64,000 nucleotides of DNA from Geosiphon pyriformis uo1. Its lineage: Eukaryota; Fungi; Glomeromycota. Below are positions 53,919 through 64,000 of the stretch, piece by piece. The stretch is taken from NCBI GenBank assembly GCA_016748015.1, contig JAAOMT010000134.1, positions 440,757-504,756 of the forward strand. Reading direction: 5' to 3'. How positions within the stretch are numbered: position 1 is the stretch's first letter; the number at the start of each line of letters is the position of its first letter. A program made the position numbers and the translations under genes. The notes beneath the pieces were generated by a model that was not told the origin of the DNA, did no database searches, and saw nothing but the letters and a program-made list of their open reading frames with translations.

Positions 53919-54175
53919 CTTCCAGGGAAAAGAATCTTAGGCAATCCCAGTGATGAAGATGCAAAGCTAGAGGTCAAAGGACTTATAGGGGAAAGAGAGT
54001 CTGGCCAGCTTGAGTCAAGAGATTGGCCTTTCCCTTTTTGGGTGAGGAGCAACTGAGGCACGAGAATGCATCAATATAACAATACATCAATATAAACTTG
54101 CCCGGGAAAGTGGTACAAATTATCATAGCTTCTAAATTCATTCCAATTGCAATTTCTTAGATATCCTCTTCCACC

Positions 54176-55191
54176 ATGAAACTATACTCCATTTCAGTAT
54201 TGACTGCTACCACCGATTCTCAAGTAGTTTGCCTTGCTGCCGAATATGACCTGACTAGCTTTGGTTATTTTCAGCGCAGCAGGTGAGAGGCAAATACTGG
54301 CAAAGTAGTCTTTGCAAACGAATTTGTATTCATCACAAGATTATCCTAAATTCACATTAAGCGTCCAAGAGTTCATGGGATTTTTTTCCAAGACAATAGC
54401 CGAAAGAACAAAGACGGGCCAAAGAGAAAGTGTTGAAGAAAACAGTATGTACATCTATTTTCCTTATATGCTTTTTTTAGGTGCATGAAGAGTTGAAAGG
54501 ATAACTTTTGGTATTCTCGACTAATGGAAAAGGATTTATTATCGAGCAATTTTTCAATTATTAGCCTTAATAGGTTTTTCGAAGAATAGATTTATAATTA
54601 TATTCACATTATCTTTTTGCAGATTATGTATTTTTTTCTCATGCTCGGATCGAAGGGCTTACTGGAATAATTATAGCCGATAGCGAGTACCCACAACGAG
54701 TCGCTTTCTCTTTGATAAACAAAATTTTGGATGAATTTCTCATCAAATTCCCAAAGGACACCTGGAATCCAAAAACTATTCATTTTCCTGAATTAAAGAC
54801 TCATCTTATTAAATACCAGGATCCAAAAGAAGGTGATCAAATAATGAAAGTTCAAGAACAGTTAGATGAGACCAAAAAAGTCATGGTACTAGATGGATTA
54901 TTTCAATCTTTTTATTCTGAAGATAATGAGTTTCTTGTATTAAGATTTTCATTAAATAACCGGTAATGGCATGTTCTTTAGAATAAAACAATGGAAAGTC
55001 TTCTGCAGCGAGGTGAACGACTCGACGATCTTATTGATCGAAGTAGAGATATTTCATTCCAATCTAAAGCTTTTTACAAACAGGCAAAGAAGGTAGGTGT
55101 CACTGCCCAATATATTATCCGTCTTTGTTGCATCACTAACCTGATTTATTTGGAACCCTTGCAGACGAATAGTTGCTGTACTATCTGTTAG
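54176..55191 (+). CDS. YKT6: Longin R-SNARE Ykt6
   Basis: MKLYSI...DLTSFGYFQRSSVQEFM.F...ERT, EYPQRVAF, IMKVQEQLDETK, LLQRGERLDDL and C-terminal NSCCTIC (CCAAX). Confidence 0.97.
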
Positions 55192-55649
55192 TGCTGTAGA
55201 TATCTTAAGTTTCTTAATCAGCTTGATAATGGAATCCATTTGTATTTATATCAACTTTTTTCTTCTGATAATTTTTAATTTGAAAGAATATTTTCTGAAA
55301 TCTGTGAATTATGGATGGATTTAAGCGAACACTACTAATTATGACTAGTTAACAGTGGTCTTCATCCTCGAAATTTTGTGTAGTTCCGTTAAGAACAGCT
55401 TGAAAAGTTGACTTTTCAAGAAAAAAATTCATTGGGTGTTGTTTACATTTTTAATTTTGTTATTAGTCAATATTTTATTATTTTATATAATACGATATAA
55501 CTTTTTTATTATATAAAATTATTAAATGTTAAAAAATCAATGCGTTAAATATTATTTTTACAATTGTTAATATATTTTATTTTATAATATCATTTTTTAT
55601 AGTTGATTTTTTGTTTTTTAATAATGCAAATTTTTTTTATTTGATTTAA

Positions 55650-57165
55650 CAAAGTGTAGTCCAATTATTAAAATTCTGAAATCTTATAAATAGCTATAAT
55701 TCACATATTTTTTACATATAACTAACTATTTGAGCTGATCTAAACTAAATTAAGTTGAATTTACAAAAGCAAACTTACTTAATACAGCTATTTTTTGCAT
55801 AATTACAACCAGATTATTATTACAAAAACCAAAACTGTTAATTATATAACAGTTTTATTTGTATCTGATTTGATATTAAAAGTTTAAAGCTTTTGAAAAA
55901 CCATTATCTTAACAAAATTCTTTTTATTAACAAGAGAATTTAAATTAATATTAATATATATTACTATTTATGTTATATTTTATCTTAAAATTAATAATTT
56001 TTTTACTTAAATTTTCAATAACTCTTTCAAAAATGCCAAAAATTTTTTGGTTTTAAGATTATTAATTAACATAAAATTATTTTTATAACTTTTAATATTA
56101 ATTAATATGTAATATTATTTTCAATTTATTATTTATTATATAGTCAAATTATTATTTAATTAATAATCTAATTTGTATAATAAATAAGTATAATTAAATA
56201 CAATAATCAAATAATATAACATTTAAAAATTTGTTAAAATAATTTGTAAATTATCAAAATATATATTTAATTTATAAAAATATTAACAAAAAAAAGTATT
56301 AAATTCAAAATAATATAATAATTAAATGTATAAAAAAAATATATTGAATTAAAAAACATATTAATCAATTATTTATTACAAATTAACAAAATAAATTTTC
56401 ATTTTTAAAATTTAAAACTTTTTTTATAATTAAATTGCTTTGAAATTTACAATTTTAATTAATATTTTAAATTAATTAATTATTAACAAATTAATTGATT
56501 TTAAGTTAAACAAAAAATATTTTTTTATTTTATATTTTTTTATTTTTTTATATTATTAAAAAGCTTACAATCAAATTTTTTTATAAAAATATTGATTTTT
56601 ATAACAAAATAATTATATATTAAAAATTTAATTTTTACTGCAAAAAATTAATTAACATAAAATTGATTATTTTATTATAAATCTAATAATATAAATAATT
56701 TAAAATATAAAAAATACTTTAAAAATAAATTAGTTTATCAAAGATTTAATAACTTTTATTAATAATAAAATTTACAATAATTTAACATAAAAAAACAACT
56801 AAAATTTTTAATAATAATACTAATTATCAAATTAAAAAAAAATAATACACAATTTTAATTAAATAATATAAAAAATATTTAAAATATTAATAGAATAATA
56901 CAAATTTTTTTAAAATATTGCAAATTTATTATATCAAAAATTTAATTATAAAATTAATAAATTTTGCTATTTTTAAAATTATATTTTTACAATATTTTAA
57001 TAATTTAAATAGTATTATTTATTTACAAAATTAGTTTAATATTATTAAACAAAAATATAAAAAAGCAATTATTATTTATTAAAAATATTTTAACCCAAAA
57101 TTTTGGTAGATTTAAGTTATTAAATCTAATTTATAATTTTTAACGTTATATTATTTATTTAACGC
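55650..57165 (-). repeat. Extremely AT-rich relic element ending in a deaminated copy of the LINE/SINE tail (55651-55755)
   Basis: AAAGTGTAGTCCAATTATTAAA...TTACATATAACTAACTATTTGAGCTGATC aligns to the rc of 21560-21655 with mostly C>T/G>A changes. The body is homologous to 22260-24100. Confidence 0.65.
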
Positions 57166-57284
57166 ATTTAACGAGTGTAGCCCAATCGCTATCTAGTACA
57201 TAGAACCAAACTAAGAGACTCAAACTAAACACGACTCACGTACTTTCTACATGTGGCTAGCCACTCAGGCCAGACAAGACAACA

Positions 57285-60200
57285 CTACACATCTATAACT
57301 ACCCACACACTACCACCCAGACCAGAAAAGAAACAAAAAGGCTTCCGACGACCAAAGCTAACAGCAAAAGAATTGGCCAAACCAAGCAATTTCACAACAT
57401 CATCAGACAAAACCGAAGACACACCACAAGGGAGCCCAGAAACAACACCAACATCACAGACCAGACCAGCCTTTTCCATCACCACCCGGTGGCTGGCTCT
57501 AGCCAACCATACCTTAGCACGATGTAGACCAACAACGAACCTGACATAATCAACAATCCTAGCAGTGGCCACTTTTCTATCCTCAAAAACATTGCAAGCC
57601 TCCTCATACCACTCCTCCAGCACAAACCCTTTGCACACCAAAGTGTACAGCCCAACATCAATAGAACATTGAAACAAAACCCACAACACAGCAGAAGCAG
57701 AGGAACCACCAGCCAAAGCTGACTAATGAGCAGAAGCCTCTGCCAAAATCTTACCACAAATGCCAGACTCATGAACACAAGTAAAAACGTGGTCAGAGAA
57801 CTTCACCTCACCGCAAAACAAACACAACACACTAGGGTAGCATTTATCATACAACCTCTTCCTAATAGCCACTGGCAATCTCCTATGCACAGCCTTCATA
57901 ACATAAGTGTGAAGCGATGAGGATGTACGGTTAGTGAACCCAGCAAGCATATGAGAATCAGGATGTCACACCTTCACCGTGACAACCCAGTCTATGCAAC
58001 CAATCATCGCATCCGGAACTACATCACAACCAGGCCCAGCTTCCCAATGAGCACAATGAATCGATTGAAAAATATTTCTGACAAAATGACGGGCATTACC
58101 AGAAACAGCAACACTCTCAGCAACCAAAAAATGTTCACGCACATCGGCACAAAGGGAAAAGGGAGACCCAGAGGCAGCCCCAGCAGCCAAGTCAGCTCTC
58201 ACATTACCAGGAATCCCAGAGTGTCCTTTCATCTTAACCCAACTCACACTAAGATCCTTATCCTTGACCAAATTGAAAATATGACGCCTTTCCAGCCAGC
58301 ATTGATTACGGAAATCAGGAGCAACCAAAGACATCTCAGACACACATGCGTCAATGGCAGCCTGGCTGTCAAGACGCAACACCACAGTACTTGAAGAAGG
58401 AACACACTCCAAAGCCAAAGCGACAGCCTGTAACTCGGCCATAGTAGATGACAAAAGACCACGAACAGCGACACCAATACTCATATCCAAGACCGGAAAG
58501 TACGCAGCAACACCACAGGTGACCTCAGCAGAGCCCGCATTCCTCAAAGACCCATCCGTGAAAACTTCAAAAGAGTCTGACCAAATGTCATGCAATCTAT
58601 CTTTAACCGCAGAAAATTCCCCAGACCTCAAAATGTCCAAACCAAGCTTTTCTGCTGAGCCAACAGAACCAGAAAATGAGTAACCCTGACCTTTCAAAAA
58701 CTCAGAAGAAACCATGAACCAGTGAGGCACAGGGCCACGTGGATCCAACCTCTTCCAACGACAAAAAGTTTTCCAATCCAACAAAACACCTTTCTTATCA
58801 AAAAGCCGATCACCAAAAGCAACACCAAAATGTTTAAGAAATTTGACCAAATCAAAATACAGAGACTTTCCAAGAACAGAGGACAACGGGAACCGACCAG
58901 GACTACAAAATACAGTGGGGAGGTTGTTCACCAAAGTAAGCTCATTGCCCAGAAAGATCTTTACCATCCCAGCCAAAAAATTGTTCACCGGACTAACACG
59001 CAACCTGACCGGAAACTGCAAAGGATCCAAAGGAGCCCAACCAAGAACCTGTAGGTCCAAAAACCTATGTCTAAACAAACGCCCAAGAATGCCAAAAGCA
59101 TTAGAGAACGCCATCAAAGCAGCAACCTTTCCTTCAGACTGCACCTGCTCAAAAGGCTTTAGGCCATACAATAAGAGATGATGCAAAGCAGCGTCAGGAA
59201 AATCACAGGGGAGACAAGCCTTGGACCTAAGACCCTTTCTAACCAAGACATCCCACTTGCGACAAACATTAGATGAGACAAAACTGAACTGAGTACGATA
59301 GCTAACAATAGGCTGCAAAACAGCTGACACCAGATACGAGAATTGTTTGTCTGTAATAGCTTTCTTAAACACAACATTAACGAAGAAACGTACATCCGCA
59401 TGAGCCTTGGCAACACTCAACTTGGAGAGCCCCTTAGTCGACAGAAAAATACCCAGATACCGATGTGCCTCCCCTTTCTTGGCAATAGAAATTGGCTGAC
59501 CACAAATGTTCAGTGAAGCAACTTTAACACCCTGATTAATGGGAATAGCCACCGTCTTTTCACTATTGATAGAAATGTCATTGATCACAAAAAATTCACT
59601 GGCAATGTTCAGAGCATATTGAGTAGAAGCCTGACAATTTCCAACCCAGATCGTATCATCGACAAATGCACCAGCTGAAAAATACGATGTCAAACCACTA
59701 CTGCCCTCAATTCTGCCAGATTTCGAAACAAACTTAGTATCAATCTGGTACTCACACAATTGTTCGTGCCTTTTAACCTCACACAAAAGCGGATCGTAAA
59801 AAATCCTCCAAAGAAGTGGCGAAAAAACCTCACCCTGGTCCAGCCCATTATGCACCTTATAACCACCAGACAAACCAAAGTCAGTTATCACCCTATTAAC
59901 TCTATCCTCATGAATACCACCAAAAAACCTTATGAACCTTTCACACATCTTGACACGCCACAAACTAGCTCTTAAATGATGCCACCCAACTGAATCATAA
60001 GCTTTCCGCATATCTTGCAAGACCAACCATAACTCCCTATCCTTCTCAATGGCATCCTCAATTACCGAACTGACAGCAAACACCGGAGATTGTGTTAACA
60101 TACCCTTCAGCACTGAAAAGTTGTCCCCCTGAAGAACATTGAACTTGCTACAAGCCATTGAAATACAGTCAGACAGAATCTTGGAAAGAATCTTCCTGGC

Positions 60201-62285
60201 AGTCTCAATCAAAGCAATGGGCCGAGTGTTCGTAAGAACTCCATCCCAGTCATAAGACTTAGGAATCATAGACACCCAAGCCCTCTTCCACAAAACAGGC
60301 ACCACACCACCCGACAAACATTTATTAAACAGTGCCAACAGGCACCCCAAAACTACTTCACCACTATGTTTCCATAATTCATTAGGAACACCAGACAAAC
60401 CAGCAGCCTTGCCATCAGGAAGACCACCAACAACAGAAAGTAACTCGCCCATACTNNNNNNNNNNNNNNNNNNNNAAATACAGTCAGACAGAATCTTGGA
60501 AAGAATCTTCCTGGCAGTCTCAATCAAAGCAATGGGCCGAGTGTTCGTAAGAACTCCATCCCAGTCATAAGACTTAGGAATCATAGACACCCAAGCCCTC
60601 TTCCACAAAACAGGCACCACACCACCCGACAAACATTTATTAAACAGTGCCAACAGGCACCCCAAAACTACTTCACCACTATGTTTCCATAATTCATTAG
60701 GAACACCAGACAAACCAGCAGCCTTGCCATCAGGAAGACCACCAACAACAGAAAGTAACTCGCCCATACTGATTGCACTCATAACACCTGAAAAAGCATC
60801 ATCCCGAACATAGTCCAAAGGTGCGTACTGACGAGCCCAAAGATCAGAAAGCACTGACTGCACAGAGCGTTTCCTCGTCCACCCCTCTATTATTCCATCT
60901 ATACTGGACTTCACCTCTTCAGGCAACAAAACCAAATCATCATCGACTATCAAGTGATCCAACACAACCTTGTGAAAAGGCTTTTCCAACACACTCCTGA
61001 TCATACTATCCTTATCCGAACAGAAATTATCCATGCGCTTCTTAATCGCCTTCCTAACCGAAGCTTCCTCAGCCAACTTTGACTCAAACATCTTCGACCT
61101 CCTGTAATCTCTATGAACCAATGACAAATGCCTAACAACAACATTAGATTTAACACCCGAGCCAACCAAATCCTTGAAAGCACGAGCCTTTGTGTCATCC
61201 AGAGTCGACCATTTACTCACAAGACAATCAGCGCCCAGCAAGTCACCAGAGCAAAATTTCTTGACAATCTTGACCACTAACAATTCCAGACCAAAAAACC
61301 TAGAAGAATGTTTGTTTCTCGAACACTTGAATTCACTAAACCAATGCCTCAAAAATGTCACATCAGCAGAATCCACCACAGCTCCCACCAGAACTGCCCA
61401 CATAGCATCCACATCACCACGTATTTCGGCACCAGAGAACACCTCACTCAAAGACAAAAGTTTAGCTGATGAGAGATCCTTAAACTTAGCCCATCCAACA
61501 CAGTCAGCATTCCTGATTTTGAACTTCCAACAATCCTTATTCGCCTGCTTGCACAAACTGTTCAATTGTACATCTAAAAGCCCACCCAAGCCGACTAAAA
61601 CCACAACTGCCTTGTGATCGATGTCAAAGAAATCCGAAACAGAGACAACTTGATGACCAGCAACAGCAGAAGACAAATTACCACCAACAAAAATGTAATC
61701 AATCGTTTTCCCAATCCCTCTCAAATTGCTCCACGTATAAGAATTAGCCAAATGATGACCAACAAATGAATTGACCAAACCCAAACTCAAACAAAACTTG
61801 AAACTAGCACTTCTATCAGATCCATTCTCATTAAGGTCTCCACCCAAGACAACAAAATTGCTGGAATTGACCGCCTTTGCAATGAGGGTGTTAACTTCAG
61901 AAGCCTGACCAAATCTAGCTCCAAAGGAGACACCAGTATACAACCCCAAAACAGTAACCGAGAGCTTGCCCTTAAACAGGAGCCAAACAGAAATAACCCG
62001 ACCAGGAATCTCCTCCACCTTGGATACATGACGGGCCAAAGAAGTGTTCATAACAATCGCAACCCCAGTACCCATGAAACCCTTATCCAAGCCAGAAGAA
62101 AATATTCACACTCCATCAAACTTATCCTTTATCCACGGCCCAAAAGAGGACCTCAACTTAGTCTCAGTGATAAAAGAAACCATATTTCCTGAGTTCACAT
62201 GCCAACGAACAACATCCACTTGTTTCGCAGGAACATTGATACCCCGAACATTGCACGTAGCAAATTTCCAAACCAAACCACTCAT
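57285..62285 (-). pseudogene. LINE-B ORF2: APE endonuclease - RT - RNase H - Zn knuckle, with in-frame stops at ~62106, ~57966 and ~57723
   Basis: ATCNVRG, FITETK, GGDLN, TIDYIFV, LQDMRKAYDSV, GLDQGEVFSP, AFVDDT, RYLGIFL, VFTDGS, AELQA, KGHSGIPGN and CLFC...HVFTC. Confidence 0.93.
60456..60475. other. Assembly gap (20 N) flanked by an identical 295-bp duplication
   Basis: 60161-60455 is repeated at 60476-60770. Confidence 0.95.
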
Positions 62286-64000
62286 TGAGATGGAGGAAAA
62301 GCCAACGAACCTGATCCAGAACACAGATGATCTAATCTATCCAAGACTGAGCGAACTAAAGCCTCAAGAGCCATCATATTCGATTCCAAACTGCCAATCT
62401 TGGCAGTCAAAACCTTAGAACTGCTCAGACTGAAATCAACAACCGACCCACCAACATTGGGAGAAAAAGAGACAGACGACAACAACATGCCATCCAACTC
62501 CAAACCTGGGTCCATATCTGAAACAACGGCAGTTGGAGACACCAAAGGAAGAGCTGAGGAAGAAAATGCCAATGGCATCAAGTCAACGAAACTTAACTTC
62601 TTTAAAATGAGTGAGACTTGGTCTGAGAGAATTTCTACAAAGCGTTCCAGCACAGCTAGGCGACCACTTAAATCAGCAGCACCAAACGAGGAGGAATCCA
62701 TTGAAAAAGCCATCGAACCAGAGACCAAACTGACACCAGGAGCACCTGAAGAGACAATGCAAGAGGAGGAACTGCCTGCCACTTGGGCCCACGTCTTCCC
62801 ACCAAAAGAAACTGGACGAGCGACAGAGGCCAACTTTTTCTTATATATCCTAGCTAGATGAACCCGATCCTGCTCAGAAACCACCCTTTTTCTTCAAACA
62901 CCAGAATACACACCCAAGGAACAATTGACCGAAACATGACCAAATTGTTTATAATGAGCACAACTGGCCAAAAAAAGACCAGCCCAATGCAAATTCACAT
63001 TCCTGAAAACTGGAACAGTACCAATAGCAGCCAATTTGGATGTCTCATCACCAAAACAAATTACAGCACATCTATCATGAACATATGAACTAGAGTTACG
63101 GCCGATATAACAAGTCTTCCCATCATATGATTCCAACAAATTAGAAAGATCATGAACATTAGTGCCAACTGGAAGAGTATAAAGTAAAACCCGATGCTGA
63201 TCCCTCGATACCCACGTTTGTTTATCAATATTTGCTTTTGCCACTCGGACCGAATCCTTTCCCATGAGCACAGACCATCTAACTGTGACCAAATCAGCCA
63301 TTTCAGATGATTCATATTCTACCAGGACTTTTTGCCAAAGACCAATAAGCTGCACTTTAATTGAAACAATCTTGCCAAACCTAGAAAACACCGTCTCAAT
63401 TGCCAATTTGGGAAGATCTACTGGAATTTCCTTGACGATCACCTCCCGATCTGAATGGCTGTTTACTTTTTTTAGATCATCATTTACCAATATTTTTTCA
63501 CAGATCGCCAACTCTCTGGCCTTAACCAAACTAGACTCACTTGTGAAAGTTGACCTAATGACTCCAGGAAATTTTGAGGAAGTCGAAGCACCCCCAAAAC
63601 CGTCAATTTTATAAAAAATCTTTTTGACCTTAAACAACTTATCACTATTTGACTTTCCAGGCACAGCTGACAACTCCACATCTAAAGCGAAAGATTTTAC
63701 TGGCTCGAAACGACGACACTCTAAACCACATGACTTGGGCGGCGGCAACTGATTGGACCCAACAAACGTGCGAGGAGGGAGCTCCAAAACACTATTGTCG
63801 TCGTTTTCCAGGTTGAAAGAAGGTTGTTTCGGCGGCCTGCCTAAGACATACGTCCTCGTCCTCGTCTTCCTCGGAGTAACGTCATCCATCAAGTCGTCGT
63901 TTCCAGAGGCGTTGGAATCGATGAAACTAGTTTCTTCGGCAACCAAGTTTTCCATATCCTCCAAGTCGGACACCTCGCTGATGTTGTTACTCTCGTTCTC
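62282..64000 (-). pseudogene. LINE-B ORF1 (RRM domains + degenerate CCHC knuckle), one in-frame stop at ~62894
   Basis: VIVKEIPVD...VFSRFGKIVSIKV...VLVEYES and CAHYKQFGHVSVNC; coiled-coil-like C-terminus. Confidence 0.85.

Larger units (their letters stand above)
57165..64000 (-). mobile_element. Younger non-LTR retrotransposon (LINE-B), 5' end beyond window
   Basis: ORF1 and ORF2 are nearly intact; same family architecture as LINE-A. Confidence 0.96.

Noticed and set aside
54015-54071. Upstream ATG as the EXO84 start
   Set aside because: It closes after 18 codons; at most a uORF.
60161-60770. Tandem duplication within the LINE-B RT region
   Set aside because: An identical 295 bp on both sides of a 20-N gap indicates unmerged contig overlap, an assembly artefact.

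Overview
Eukaryotic, intron-rich, AT-rich fungal DNA. Gene and TE style suggests Mucoromycota/Glomeromycotina (inference only). Left part: a giant minus-strand gene (ATG 15713, running off the window at 1; 9 exons, >4,770 codons). It encodes an N-terminal ricin-B (beta-trefoil) lectin, three tricalbin-like C2 domains and at least 27 copies of a ~135-aa helical repeat (Q-x-x-D-G-S-F ... W-W-T-T-A-V-T-L-x-Y-L ... W ... A-R-K-Y-L). The last exon is one open frame of >10.3 kb that the ORF track missed, and a Gly/Ala hydrophobic segment is inserted after every second repeat in the distal part. Next is a class-3 lipase. A 22-kb nested TE island follows: a SINE-like element, an AT-rich relic, a solo LTR, an RNase H-bearing LINE interrupted by a full-length dUTPase-carrying Ty3/Gypsy element, and a Tourist-like MITE. 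Then a compact housekeeping block: RTP1/TANGO6, PUP2, EXO84 (with a U12-type AT-AC intron) and YKT6. A second AT-rich relic and a younger LINE containing an assembly gap end the window. TE copies show a gradient of C>T/G>A decay.
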